Assembly (NCBI GenBank): GCA_965263035.1
Contig: OZ253580.1
Span: forward strand, 1,056,001-1,120,000
Direction: 5' to 3'
From: Acidobacteriota bacterium
GTDB taxonomy: Bacteria; Acidobacteriota; UBA6911; RPQK01; JAJDTT01
DNA length: 64,000 nucleotides
In this document: positions 39,247 through 49,482 of the stretch, piece after piece
How the letters are laid out: each line of letters starts with the position of its first letter
Numbering within the stretch: position 1 is the first letter of the stretch
Position numbers and translations under genes: made by a program
Notes under the pieces: model-generated
What the model saw: only the letters and a program-made list of their open reading frames with translations
Databases searched by the model: none
What the model was told of the DNA's origin: nothing

Positions 39247-41792
39247 GGCCGAGTCGGTCGATATCAGGAGTTACAACACTGCTTTGCTTGGCTCTGGGCC
39301 CGGTCTTCCTGGCCGGTGGTCTCGCAGAATCGGAGGAACACTGGTTCCTGGTTCGACACGAAGATTACTTCCGTCAGAAGCTGCTCTTCGACTGGCCCAC
39401 GCAAGTGTCTGATTCGTCGTTGGAGGCGCGCCTGACCGTCGTCCAACCCCACGGCTTCAGCCATGAGCTGACCGCCGTTGCGACGCGGGAGAAGGACACC
39501 GGAGCGCTCGAGGTCGACTTCCCCCTGCTGGACGAGGGACGTTATGGACCTCTCCCCGAATGGCGGTGGGACATGGGGCACTACCGCTTTCGATTGGATC
39601 TCTCCAGCGAAGGCCGGTCGGTCGGCGTCCGCACCCTGCAGCTGGATCCTCACAACTTCTTCCCCCTGAATGCGGGAAGGCCACTCTCCCTGGCGGATTC
39701 CAGCCGGCAGTTCATCGAGTGCAGTCCCGAACGTCCCGCCTACATCGATCATCCCGAAATCGGCTACACCATCCGCACCCTCCCGGACCGGGTGAATTCA
39801 TGCCGCGTCGAGATCGATGTGCAGGGTCCCGACCGGACCCGGATGGCGGGCCCGGTCCGGCTGGATCTGGACCACGCCACCCAGCGGCGAAACTTCGACG
39901 GGACGGGTTGGCCCCGGGGCGAGTACTGGCTTCGGGTCCGGGTCCTGAAGAACGAAAAGGCCGTGGGCCCTTACCTGGTCCGCCATTTCTGGGTCGAAGA
40001 TTCGCAGGAGGCGCAGTCTCCCCGACTGCCCCTCCGACCCGGTCATCATGCCCAATACCTGCTGGACAACTGGATCCTGGCCGATTCCAAAGGCTTGAGG
40101 CACCGCCCCGACGGGCTCAGCCGGCTCTCGGACGGGCCCGTCCTGAGACTGGACAAACCCTGGGAGGAAGGCTCTTATGTAGTCTCTCTCGAATCCATTT
40201 CCCGGGACCCCGATACGGGTCAATATCAGGCAACGTACTTTGCGGGCGTGGTGGACGAGGACCCCCTCTACCGCCGCTTCGGCGGATCGGTCGGCCGGCC
40301 CCGTTATCTCTGCCAAGTGGTTTCGGACGATGGAGTCCATTGGCGAAAGCCCAACCTGGGACGCGTCTCCTACGAGGGCTCCCGAGACAACAACATCCTC
40401 CGCGACCTGACCCGGGAGGACTTCCTCCAGGACGGACAGTCCGACAGCTATCCCTATCCCAACAAGGATCGGCCCACGCCTCGCCGTTACCGTTTCCGCT
40501 TCTACGAACCGAGACAGGACGGACCCGTGGACATGGACCGTTTCGTCCTGCGCTATTTCTCCCGGAAGGCAGATGACTCCCCGGCCCAGTATGCAGGCGA
40601 TTTCCGTCCCCGGCCGGGTGAGTTCTGGGGATTGGAGCGGAGGGGCGACCTCTTTCTGGCCCTGACCCGGGAGCCGATCCTCCGCACCGGAACCGGCATG
40701 TCCCTGATGGTAACGACGGAACGGGCGTCCACCTATCCCTTCGAGGGAGAGCCCTTGGCCCTCTACCAGTCGGCGCGGTCCACCTTCACCCACTATGACC
40801 CCAGGTCCAAGACCTTTTTCTACTACTTTCGGCCCGAGTATCCCCCCTATCCTCCGCACGGCGTCTCCTACGAGTATTTCAAGAAGAGCGCCCGGCGCAC
40901 GCGGGGCCTGCTCTGGAGCCGGGACGGGAGATCCTGGAACCGCCGCCACATCGTCGCGCCCGACGAGCACGACCTTCCCGGCACCAGCTTTTACGGCTTC
41001 GGGTTCATCCATCCTGCCGGGCACGTGGAATCGGACACCGGGGGCCAGCTCTTTCTGGGAGCCGTGCTCCACTACAACCTGACCCTTCAGACCCAGTTTC
41101 AGGAACTGGTCTGGAGCCGCGACAAGATCCACTGGCGCCGTTTCGGAGCGGGCCGGACGCCTCTTCTGGAGAACGGACCGGTGGGAGCCTTCGATGCCGG
41201 GTTCGCCAACAACATGTCCGCCTACTTCTCTATTCCGGGTGCCCAGGGGGAGGAGGAGTGGTGGTTTCCTTACATGGGAAACCAGGCGCGCTACATGCTG
41301 GCGGCAGCCCGGGACACGGTGAAGAAACTACGCGTAAGCCTCCGTGACGTGGGCCTGGAGATGTTTCGGGAAACCTATCCCCACTTCCGTCTGGCTCCCT
41401 TCTTCACCAACTGGGAGGACTTCTTCAAGGAGTCGCAAGCATCAGTCTGGATCCCGGGCTTGGCGCGATGCAAGGCGGGGAGGCTGGGCCACGTTGAACC
41501 TACAGATGGCACAGGGGAGTTCACCACTCATCCCCTGGTCCAGGAGGGCAACCGGCTCCTGATCAACGCTCGGATCGAGGACGGAGGAAGCGTGCGGGTG
41601 GAGGTGCAGGACGCTGACGGAAACGTCTTCCCCGGGCTGGAGTTGGAAGGGTCGACCCCTTTGTCCGGCGACTCCGTGGCGCATCCGGTCCCCTGGAAGC
41701 GGGCCGGCCTGAAGGAAGTGTACGGAAGAGTGATCCGGCTGCGGGTCGTCCTGGACCGGGCCCATGTTTACGGCTTCCGCCTGGCCCCTTGA
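39243..41792 (+). CDS. Large secreted protein with putative beta-propeller glycosidase-like domain
   Basis: Signal peptide; WRKPNLGRVSYEGSRDNNIL, WSRDKIHW, FTTHPLVQEG; paralogous to 8631-11153. Confidence 0.6.
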   Translation: MRPSRSISGVTTLLCLALGPVFLAGGLAESEEHWFLVRHEDYFRQKLLFDWPTQVSDSSLEARLTVVQPHGFSHELTAVATREKDTGALEVDFPLLDEGRYGPLPEWRWDMGHYRFRLDLSSEGRSVGVRTLQLDPHNFFPLNAGRPLSLADSSRQFIECSPERPAYIDHPEIGYTIRTLPDRVNSCRVEIDVQGPDRTRMAGPVRLDLDHATQRRNFDGTGWPRGEYWLRVRVLKNEKAVGPYLVRHFWVEDSQEAQSPRLPLRPGHHAQYLLDNWILADSKGLRHRPDGLSRLSDGPVLRLDKPWEEGSYVVSLESISRDPDTGQYQATYFAGVVDEDPLYRRFGGSVGRPRYLCQVVSDDGVHWRKPNLGRVSYEGSRDNNILRDLTREDFLQDGQSDSYPYPNKDRPTPRRYRFRFYEPRQDGPVDMDRFVLRYFSRKADDSPAQYAGDFRPRPGEFWGLERRGDLFLALTREPILRTGTGMSLMVTTERASTYPFEGEPLALYQSARSTFTHYDPRSKTFFYYFRPEYPPYPPHGVSYEYFKKSARRTRGLLWSRDGRSWNRRHIVAPDEHDLPGTSFYGFGFIHPAGHVESDTGGQLFLGAVLHYNLTLQTQFQELVWSRDKIHWRRFGAGRTPLLENGPVGAFDAGFANNMSAYFSIPGAQGEEEWWFPYMGNQARYMLAAARDTVKKLRVSLRDVGLEMFRETYPHFRLAPFFTNWEDFFKESQASVWIPGLARCKAGRLGHVEPTDGTGEFTTHPLVQEGNRLLINARIEDGGSVRVEVQDADGNVFPGLELEGSTPLSGDSVAHPVPWKRAGLKEVYGRVIRLRVVLDRAHVYGFRLAP

Positions 41793-41806
41793 AGGCTCGC
41801 CCCTAC
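41785..41806 (-). repeat. Partial GTAG-type REP
   Basis: GTAGGGGCGAGCCTTCAAGGGG on the minus strand, between convergent genes. Confidence 0.4.
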
Positions 41807-41809
41807 GAC

Positions 41810-42300
41810 TGTTCTCTAACGACTCTCTTCTGACGGATACTCCGGCCAATCGGACGTCCACCTCTCCCCGGCGCCAAGAATTCGTATAGGAAGTGTCGAA
41901 GACCAGGAGGATCTCTCCCGGTCCCATCTCCACCATGTCGGTGTAACAGGTGGAGGCTCGACCCTCACCGGGCGGGGAAAGGAGACCGTGGCGTCTTCCT
42001 GGCTCATCCACCGGCCGCCGTCCCGGGAGATGCAGTAGCCCCCGAAATCGCTTCCCTCCGGATAGCGCTCGTCGTTGGACATCCAGCACCCGACCATCAA
42101 CTCTCCGGTGGAGAAACGGCTGATCTGGGGAAACCAGAGCCACCGGTTATCCTTCCAGACCCTGGACGGCTGGCGCGTGACTACGACCGGGCCGCCCACC
42201 TGCACCGTGAGGCGATCCTTCGATTTCGCGGGCGCCGCACCAATCGGAGAGAAGAGCACGACAATCGACGCCAGTAACCAGTTTGCCGAAAACGGGAAGT
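41810..42300 (-). pseudogene. Internally deleted sialidase-like gene remnant
   Basis: N-terminal WFPQISRFSTGELMV...SRDGGRW and, in another frame, C-terminal TCYTDMVEMGPGEILLVFD. These match the two ends of the 1291-2556 protein, with the middle missing. Confidence 0.6.
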
Positions 42301-42438
42301 CTCCCGCTGCGGAGGTGGATGGTCGAATCTTGCACCTGGCTACGCGTCATTCCTTTCCGACGGGACGTGTATCAAGGAGGGAAAACCAGGACAACGGCGA
42401 CAGTTCTGACTTGAAGAGGTCCTTCCTTCCGGAAATTG

Positions 42439-42453
42439 TGACCAAGTTGGTCA
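42439..42453. promoter_or_regulatory. Palindromic operator of the TA operon
   Basis: Perfect inverted repeat TGACCAA-G-TTGGTCA abutting the first antitoxin ATG. Confidence 0.6.
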
Positions 42454-42767
42454 TGAACAAAAAGAATCTCAAAGAGTACCCTCGTCAGACCAGGCAGCCC
42501 GGTTCGATGCGGATTCACGGCTGGAAGTTGGGAGAGGCCAAAGCCAAGTTCAGCCGTGTCGTCCGCCTCGCCGCCTCCGGCCAGCCGCAACGTGTGACGG
42601 TTCGCGGCAAGGATGCGGTCGTTATCGTCGCGGCGGCTGAGTTCGAACGCCTCCGTGCCCGAGCTGCGTCGGACAGCCTGCACGAACTATTGTCTCAATC
42701 TCCATTGAACCGCCTGGAACTCGACGATGAGGGAGTGCGGAGTCCGGTCCGTGAGGTCGAGTTGTGA
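42453..42767 (+). CDS. Phd/YefM family antitoxin
   Basis: WKLGEAKAKFSRVVRLA..GQPQRVTVRGKDAVVIV; start is 42453 or 42507; GTGA overlap with the toxin gene. Confidence 0.88.
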   Translation: MNKKNLKEYPRQTRQPGSMRIHGWKLGEAKAKFSRVVRLAASGQPQRVTVRGKDAVVIVAAAEFERLRARAASDSLHELLSQSPLNRLELDDEGVRSPVREVEL

Positions 42768-43189
42768 ATGGATGGCTGCTCGACACCAACGTTGTGTCCG
42801 AGTTGCGCAAGACCCGGCCCAACCGCCGGGTGAAGGAATGGTCCGATGCGCAGGCGGCAGACGCCTTCTTTCTCAGCATCATCACGATTGCCGAGATCCG
42901 ATTCGGGATCGAGCGACAGACAGACCCCAGGTTTCGACAGGAGCTCGAGGACTGGCTCGCCCACCGGCTGAGACCCTGGTTCGCGGGACGAATCCTGCCC
43001 GTGGACGAGGAGGTGATCCTGGAATGGCGCCGCATGGTCGCGCGCGGCAAAGAGAGGGCGTTGACTTTCAGCCAGCCCGATCTCTTCATCGCCGCCACCG
43101 CCCAAGTGCATTCCCTGACGCTCTGTACGGGTAACGAGAAGGATTTCCCCAGGACGAACATCACGGTCTTTAACCCCTGGTCAGCGTGA
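42764..43189 (+). CDS. vapC: VapC family PIN-domain toxin
   Basis: WLLDTNVVSE, TIAEI, DLFIAATA, TGNEKDF. Confidence 0.9.
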   Translation: MNGWLLDTNVVSELRKTRPNRRVKEWSDAQAADAFFLSIITIAEIRFGIERQTDPRFRQELEDWLAHRLRPWFAGRILPVDEEVILEWRRMVARGKERALTFSQPDLFIAATAQVHSLTLCTGNEKDFPRTNITVFNPWSA

Positions 43190-43318
43190 TTCCCGGAAAC
43201 ATGGCGGCCGGAAACCAACTCGCGGCTCGTAGCTTTCCAGAAAGATTGTCGGATTCCGGACGTGCGGACCGTGGCGCTCGGTTCGTGAACGTCCCTGGGA
43301 CGCGGGGAGAATTGCCGG

Positions 43319-44386
43319 TTAGAAACGCTCCGGGCAGGGGACACCCAACTCGGCCGAGAGGCGCTCCAGTGTCTTCCAGGTTGCCGCTTCCAGACAGACT
43401 CCTTCGCGGAGACTCTTCTGGACCATCCTCCAGTCCGGATCACCAGGCACGAGAATCTCATCGAATCCCGGAGCCAGCTCCGACGACTTCAACTGTTCCA
43501 CGTAGTCCTGGACCCTGGCCAGGAAACGTTCCGGCTCCATGAAATGCTCCACCGACAGTGCCAGGAAGAAGTGGCCCGTGTCCTGGGGCTCCTCCTCCTC
43601 AGGCCACGGGTTGATCTGCCGACCGAAGAGAGCCCCGGTCAACACTCCGCTCAGGACGTCCACCATCACGGCCAGGCCGTACCCCTTGTGATTTCCCATC
43701 GGGGCCGGCATCCCCCGGACCACCTCCTCGGGATCGGTGGTGGGCACTCCCTTCCGGTCCAGCACCCAGTCGTCCGGGATCGGCTCTCCCCGGAGCAGCG
43801 TCACCATGATCTTGCCCCAGGCGGCGCGGCTGAGGGCGATGTCGATCATGACGGGAAACTCCCCGCCGGTGGGTACCGCGATCGCGAGGGGATTGGTCCC
43901 GTAGGTGGGCGTGGAGCCGCCCCACGGCGCCATGCAGGCGCCGGTATTGCTGACGGCGAGTCCGATGAGTCCCTGGTCCGCGGCCATGCGCGCGTAGTAA
44001 CCGGCGGTTCCGAAGTGATTGGAACGGAACACGCCCACCACCCCGGCTCCCAACTCCCGGGCCCGGGAGCAGGCCAGGGTCATGGCCCGGTGGCCCGCCA
44101 CCTGTCCGGGTCCACGGTCAGCATCCAGTAGGAGAACGGCGCCCTGGTCGGAGACGACTCGGACCTGGGGGTGCGGGTTGACTCCACCCTTCTGGACCCG
44201 GCCCACCAGGAAGTCGAGGAAGCCCAGCCCGTGGGAGTAGACGCCCCTCAGATCGGCGTCCAAGAGGTTGTCGACCACGCGCCCGGCCTCGGAAGAACCG
44301 AGACCGGCCCGTTCCAACAGGGATTCGGCAAACCTTCGCAGGTCCTCGGCCCGGGCCCGCCTGCCCTTCTCCTTGAGATCCGTCAT
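43319..44386 (-). CDS. Ldh_2 family oxidoreductase (malate/L-lactate/sulfolactate dehydrogenase-like)
   Basis: ADLRGVYSHG, SNHFG, GTNPLAIA, HKGYGLA. Confidence 0.88.
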   Translation of the reverse strand: MTDLKEKGRRARAEDLRRFAESLLERAGLGSSEAGRVVDNLLDADLRGVYSHGLGFLDFLVGRVQKGGVNPHPQVRVVSDQGAVLLLDADRGPGQVAGHRAMTLACSRARELGAGVVGVFRSNHFGTAGYYARMAADQGLIGLAVSNTGACMAPWGGSTPTYGTNPLAIAVPTGGEFPVMIDIALSRAAWGKIMVTLLRGEPIPDDWVLDRKGVPTTDPEEVVRGMPAPMGNHKGYGLAVMVDVLSGVLTGALFGRQINPWPEEEEPQDTGHFFLALSVEHFMEPERFLARVQDYVEQLKSSELAPGFDEILVPGDPDWRMVQKSLREGVCLEAATWKTLERLSAELGVPCPERF

Positions 44387-44522
44387 CGACCCTGCACGCC
44401 TTCCTATTGACCCCCCGCCGGGAAATTTCAGTGCCCAACCATTCGAAGCAGCCTCCGACCACGGTCCCCTCTCTCGGATATTTGAACTTGCACGCCTCTG
44501 GGCCCGTGAAAACCAGCCCGCT

Positions 44523-45560
44523 TCATTTCTGCGTTCCGGCTTCGTTGGCGGCTCCTTCGTCCTCCTGGACTCCCAAAGCCGTGGCCGCGTTCCGCCAGAA
44601 GATGCCCTCGATGTCCGACTTGGACAGCTGCGCAATTTCGGCGGCATCCCGCAGGGACAGTAGCTGTTCATAGACCGACAGCACGGGCCGTCCGTCGCAG
44701 TGGGGGAACTTGAGGCCGCCGTCATCGGCATCGTAGTGCTGCCAGGCCCGGCCCAGCGCCGCGTACTGACCGTGAAAGAAGGCGGCTCCGACGCCGTCCG
44801 AGCCCCAGAAGATCCGCTTCGGGTCCTCTTTGGTGAGAAGGGTGATGTAGGGACGCACGTCGGTCACCGCGGAGGTGTCGTAGTGAATGTTGGGCAGATC
44901 CCGCAACCTCTCCACCGCTTGGCGAATGGGCCAGTAGGTGAAGCTCCGGGCGCAATGGGCCAGCAGCCACTTGATCTTGGGGTACCGCTTGGTGGTGTAC
45001 TCGGTCAGGTCATCCAGATTCCACTCGTCGGCACAGCCGTGAAAGCGCGACAAGTGCATGGTGACCCAGAGGCCGTGATGGTCCGCCAGCTCCATCTGTT
45101 CGTGGGGCAGGAACTCGTGGATCCGGCATTGGGCGATGTCCCCGGTCACCGAATACGTCCGGTACGGTTTCAGGCCGGTGAACTGAGGGTGCCGAAGGTC
45201 CCGTTCAATGTCCTCAGTGCGGCAGGAGGGCGTGACCAGCCGGTTATAGCGGATGCCCGGCACACCGTTGATCTCCCTGCGGACCGACTCCACGTGCCGG
45301 GCCACGTCGATGCCTACCACCGGCATGCCCAGGATCAAATACTGCATCCGGCGGCCCGGATAGAGGACCCGGGCCCAGTCGTTCAGCGTGGACAAACCGG
45401 CATCGTCTCGCGCCCCTTGCGGCGGCGGAATGGGAAAATCGGAGGCCCAGAAGAAGTGAATGTGCGCGTCCAGGATCCGGTCGGGAACGAATTCGCTCAG
45501 TTCCTCTTCCCAGATCTGGCGGTCACAGTCTCGGTAGTCGATGGTCGAGTGATCCTTCAT
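44523..45560 (-). CDS. Amidohydrolase family protein
   Basis: ILDAHIH, LAHC, YDTSAV, FWGSD. Confidence 0.8.
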   Translation of the reverse strand: MKDHSTIDYRDCDRQIWEEELSEFVPDRILDAHIHFFWASDFPIPPPQGARDDAGLSTLNDWARVLYPGRRMQYLILGMPVVGIDVARHVESVRREINGVPGIRYNRLVTPSCRTEDIERDLRHPQFTGLKPYRTYSVTGDIAQCRIHEFLPHEQMELADHHGLWVTMHLSRFHGCADEWNLDDLTEYTTKRYPKIKWLLAHCARSFTYWPIRQAVERLRDLPNIHYDTSAVTDVRPYITLLTKEDPKRIFWGSDGVGAAFFHGQYAALGRAWQHYDADDGGLKFPHCDGRPVLSVYEQLLSLRDAAEIAQLSKSDIEGIFWRNAATALGVQEDEGAANEAGTQK

Positions 45561-45756
45561 TTGCTGCTCCTGAGTTCCGATGAAGCCGGCATGGAGGAGA
45601 AGCTGAGGAACGACTCCTCTTTGGCCGCGACATACGTTACCTTGGTCCGTGACACGAATCCACCAGGGTTCGGAATTCCCCGGGGACTCCTCTGGGGATA
45701 GGATTGAACCGGGTGACCGGCCGCGCGTTCGACCGGTTTTTTCCAGCGGAAACGAG

Positions 45757-46716
45757 ATGGATCCTTTCGTCCAAACTCAAATCGGGGACCTGATCGGCAA
45801 GACTCCCATGATGCGGTTGGGCCGGCTGGGCCGAAAAGGGCAGGCGGCGATCCTGGCCAAGCTCGAGTACCTGAACCCGGGCGGCAGTGTGAAGGACCGG
45901 ATCGCCCGGAGCATGATCGACGCCGCCGAGGCTGAAGGACGGCTGCAGCCTGGAATGGGGATCGTGGAAGCGACCAGCGGGAACACCGGCATCGGACTGG
46001 CCATGATCTGTGCCGAGCGGGGGTATCGTTTGATCCTCACCATGCCGGAGACCATGAGCTTCGAAAGGCGCTCCCTGGTCATCCGTTATGGAGCCGAGGT
46101 GGTGCTGACGCCGGGAAAGGAAGACATCCCGGGAGCAGTTCGGCGCGCGCGCCGGCTGGCGGGGCGAAATCCGGGTTGGATCGAGCTTCGCCAGTTCGAA
46201 AACCCCGCCAATCCCCAGGTGCATCGGGAGACCACGGGACCCGAGATCCTGGAGGCGACCGGGGGAAACATCGACGCCCTGGTGGTGGGCGTGGGAACCG
46301 GGGGGACGATTACCGGAGTCGGCGAGTTCCTGAAGGAACATGTCCCCGGCGTCCGGATCATCGCCGTCGAGCCGGCCAGCTCCGCCGTGCTCAGCGGTCG
46401 GCCGCCGGGACTGCACGCCATCGAGGGAATCGGCGCGGGGTTCATTCCTCCGGTCCTGAACCAGGAGGTGATCGACGAGGTGATTCCGGTCGACGACAAG
46501 GACGCCTTTCGCATGGCGCGGCGCCTGGCCAGAGAGGAATCGCTCCTGGTCGGCGTCTCCTCCGGCGCCGCCGTGCTGGCGGCCCGGCAAGTCGCCGAGC
46601 GTTTGTCCCCGGACCAGAACGTGGTCACCGTCCTTCCGGACACGGGGTCCCGTTACTTCAGCGTGGAAGAGTATTTCAAGGAGGAGCGGGACTACGATGA
46701 AAGCCTGCTGCTTTGA
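45757..46716 (+). CDS. cysK: Cysteine synthase A
   Basis: KLEYLNPGGSVKDRIA, EATSGNTGIGLA, QFENPAN, GVGTGGT. Confidence 0.92.
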   Translation: MDPFVQTQIGDLIGKTPMMRLGRLGRKGQAAILAKLEYLNPGGSVKDRIARSMIDAAEAEGRLQPGMGIVEATSGNTGIGLAMICAERGYRLILTMPETMSFERRSLVIRYGAEVVLTPGKEDIPGAVRRARRLAGRNPGWIELRQFENPANPQVHRETTGPEILEATGGNIDALVVGVGTGGTITGVGEFLKEHVPGVRIIAVEPASSAVLSGRPPGLHAIEGIGAGFIPPVLNQEVIDEVIPVDDKDAFRMARRLAREESLLVGVSSGAAVLAARQVAERLSPDQNVVTVLPDTGSRYFSVEEYFKEERDYDESLLL

Positions 46717-47867
46717 GCTGGAAATCTGACCTGAGCCGGTCCGAGCGGAGATTCGAGCGACAGTTCCGCAAGAGACTGGCAGTCCCCCAAAAGGCCTTCC
46801 GGTGGCCGGGCCTGCTGGTCTGCGTCCTGTTGACGGTGCTCGCGGCCTGGTTGAACCACCTGCCCTACCCCCCGTTCACCACGAGCGACGGACTTCATCC
46901 CGTCAGCGAAGTCCTGCTGGCGCTGCTGTTGGGCATGGCCATGCGGACTCTGATTCGGGCTTCCGCGGGTCTGAAACCTGGTGTGGACCTGGTGGTCAAG
47001 AAGCTGCTTCCCGTGGGGATCATCCTGCTGGGCGCCCGGTTGGATTTCCACACCATGCTTCAAGTGAGCCTGGACGTGCTGCTGGCCGTCCTGGTCATCA
47101 TCGCCGGCGTGGTGGCGAGCACGTGGCTTCTGGGGCGTCTGCTGGGAATGGGGGAAAGGCTCTCCCTGTTGATCGGGGTGGGAACGGCCATCTGCGGCAG
47201 TTCCGCCATCGTGGCCACGGCGCCCGTCGTGGACGGCGAGGAACGAGACGTGGCACTGTCCATTGCCACCGTCAACCTGATGGGAGTGCTGGCCATGCTC
47301 CTGTTTCCCCTCCTGGGCGCACTCCTGGAGCTGACCGCTTCCGGCTACGGCGTCTGGTGTGGCCTCTCCATCCACGCCACTCCACAGGTGCTGGCCGCCG
47401 GATTTGCCCACCATCTGAACGGGCAACTGGCCGGCGAACTCTCCACGATCGTCAAGCTCACGCGGATTTCCGTACTGGGTCCCGCCGTCTTCGTCATCGG
47501 TTACCTCTACGCCCGCAGGCGGCGCAGGATGGCCGCCTTTCCCCGGCGCACCATCCACTACGGCAAACTCCTGCCGAGCTTCATCCTCCTCTTCCTGGGC
47601 ATGGCGCTGCTTCGGACCCTGGGCTTCTTCCCGGAAGTCACTTTCCACCTGACGGATCGATTCATCCTGGGTCCGGGAGACTACCGGGTGGACATGGCGC
47701 TGCTGCTGGGCAGTTCGGCCCGCTGGATCATCACGGGGGCCATGGCCGGAGTCGGACTGATGACAGACCTGCGGACCTTCAGAACGGGTGGGACCAAAGC
47801 CTTTTCACTGGGTCTGGCCGCCACCGCCGTCATTGCTCTCCTGGGACTGGTGAAGATCAGTCTTTAA
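46713..47867 (+). CDS. YeiH/UPF0324 putative sulfate exporter family membrane protein
   Basis: GIILLGARL, GTAICGSSAIVA, IHATPQV, VKLTR; overlaps the cysK stop codon. Confidence 0.85.
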   Translation: MSWKSDLSRSERRFERQFRKRLAVPQKAFRWPGLLVCVLLTVLAAWLNHLPYPPFTTSDGLHPVSEVLLALLLGMAMRTLIRASAGLKPGVDLVVKKLLPVGIILLGARLDFHTMLQVSLDVLLAVLVIIAGVVASTWLLGRLLGMGERLSLLIGVGTAICGSSAIVATAPVVDGEERDVALSIATVNLMGVLAMLLFPLLGALLELTASGYGVWCGLSIHATPQVLAAGFAHHLNGQLAGELSTIVKLTRISVLGPAVFVIGYLYARRRRRMAAFPRRTIHYGKLLPSFILLFLGMALLRTLGFFPEVTFHLTDRFILGPGDYRVDMALLLGSSARWIITGAMAGVGLMTDLRTFRTGGTKAFSLGLAATAVIALLGLVKISL

Positions 47868-47942
47868 TCCATGCGGCGGCTTGATCGGGCAATACCCCCC
47901 GGCGATAATGGCGAATCATCGTCACTTTAAGGAGGAGCCACA

Positions 47943-49232
47943 ATGTCTGAATCCATCGACCGGAGACGTTTTCTGGGCAGTGCCGCCATCGGAGTAGCCG
48001 CTTCAGGACTGTCAGTCTCGGCCAAGAGCGCCACCAAATACGATTCGCCCAACACCCGCGTCGTCGTCGGGATCATGGGGATGAGCCGGGGCAGGCGTTT
48101 GGCCGAAAGTTTCGGGCAACTACCCAACGTCCACATCAAATACGTCTGCGACGTCGACTCTCGCCGTCTGGACAAGGTGGCCCACACGGTCGAGCAACAG
48201 GTGGGAAAGGCGCCTCTGAAAGTCGGAGATTTCAGGCGGATCCTGGATGATCCCGAGGTGGACGCCCTGCTCAACGCCGGGCCCAACCACTGGCACGCCC
48301 CAGCTACCATACTGGCCTGTTCGGCCGGGAAGCACGCTTACGTGGAGAAGCCGTGCAGCCACACCCCCCGCGAGGGAGAACTCGTGGTCGCCGCCGCCCG
48401 CAAGTACAACCGGGCGGTCCAGATGGGGACCCAGCGACGAAGCTCTCCGGGGACCCGAGAAGCCGTTCAACAGCTGCGGGAAGGGGCAATCGGCAGGGTA
48501 TACATGGTTCGCACCTGGTACAACAGCGGCCGGGGCACCCTGGGCCGGGGCAAGCCGACACCCGTCCCTGCTCACCTGGACTACGACCTCTGGCAGGGAC
48601 CGGCCACCCGTGTTCCCTACAAGGACAACCTGATCCACTACAACTGGCACTGGCACTGGCACTGGGGCAACGGGGAACTGGGCAACAACGGTATCCACAC
48701 CCTGGACCTGTGCCGTTGGGGAATGGGCGTCGATTACCCGATCCGGGTGACCTCCAGCGGTGGCCGCTATCTCTTCGATGACGATCAGGAGACTCCCGAC
48801 ACCCACACCGTCTGCTACGAATTCGAAGGCAAGCGATCCATCTCCTGGGCCGGGTTGAGCAACAACCGCCACAGCCCCGGCTTCATCACCTTCTATGGGG
48901 ACCGGGGAGCCTTGGACCTGGGCACGATGGGGTCCTACGCCATCTACGACAAGGACGATAAACTGGTCGCGAAGAAGGGGGAAGACAGCTACGGTGACAT
49001 TCCCCACGCCCAGAATTTCGTGGCTGCAATCCGCAACGACGACCCCACGATCTGCAACGCCGAGATCCTCGAGGCCCACAAGAGCACGCTCATGTGCCAC
49101 TTGGGGAACATCGCTCACCGCACCGGCCGAAATCTCAGGTGCGACCCCGGCAACGGCCATATCCTGGGAGACGATGAGGCCATGGGTTACTGGTCCAAGG
49201 AATACGCCAAGGGCTGGGAACCGAAGGTCTAG
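47943..49232 (+). CDS. Gfo/Idh/MocA oxidoreductase, Tat-exported
   Basis: DRRRFL; PNHWH; GKHAYVEKP; QMGTQRRS; AAGGAGG RBS. Confidence 0.9.
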   Translation: MSESIDRRRFLGSAAIGVAASGLSVSAKSATKYDSPNTRVVVGIMGMSRGRRLAESFGQLPNVHIKYVCDVDSRRLDKVAHTVEQQVGKAPLKVGDFRRILDDPEVDALLNAGPNHWHAPATILACSAGKHAYVEKPCSHTPREGELVVAAARKYNRAVQMGTQRRSSPGTREAVQQLREGAIGRVYMVRTWYNSGRGTLGRGKPTPVPAHLDYDLWQGPATRVPYKDNLIHYNWHWHWHWGNGELGNNGIHTLDLCRWGMGVDYPIRVTSSGGRYLFDDDQETPDTHTVCYEFEGKRSISWAGLSNNRHSPGFITFYGDRGALDLGTMGSYAIYDKDDKLVAKKGEDSYGDIPHAQNFVAAIRNDDPTICNAEILEAHKSTLMCHLGNIAHRTGRNLRCDPGNGHILGDDEAMGYWSKEYAKGWEPKV

Positions 49233-49396
49233 CAGTCCGTGGTGAAAGTCCCGCGAGCACCGAGACCGTTCCTGCGCCCGCCGGACCAGGCGCAACGGAG
49301 GGAGCATACCTGGAGTATGTGACCGAGTCGCAACGCAGTCCGCGCACGATGCAGGGACGGTCGAATGCCGTGACGACTTTTGCCACGGGCTGCTAG
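49229..49396. mobile_element. MITE family B (168 bp including flanking CTAG)
   Basis: Inverted termini CTAGCAGTCCGTGGTGAAAGTC / GACTTTTGCCACGGGCTGCTAG; no coding capacity. Confidence 0.75.
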
Positions 49397-49482
49397 CGCC
49401 CGCATTTCTTGCCGGGGGGGCCGTCAGGCTCCCCCGGTTCAGTCCCGCCTCTGTCCGGAAACGGTGTGCGGACCAGGTGTGT

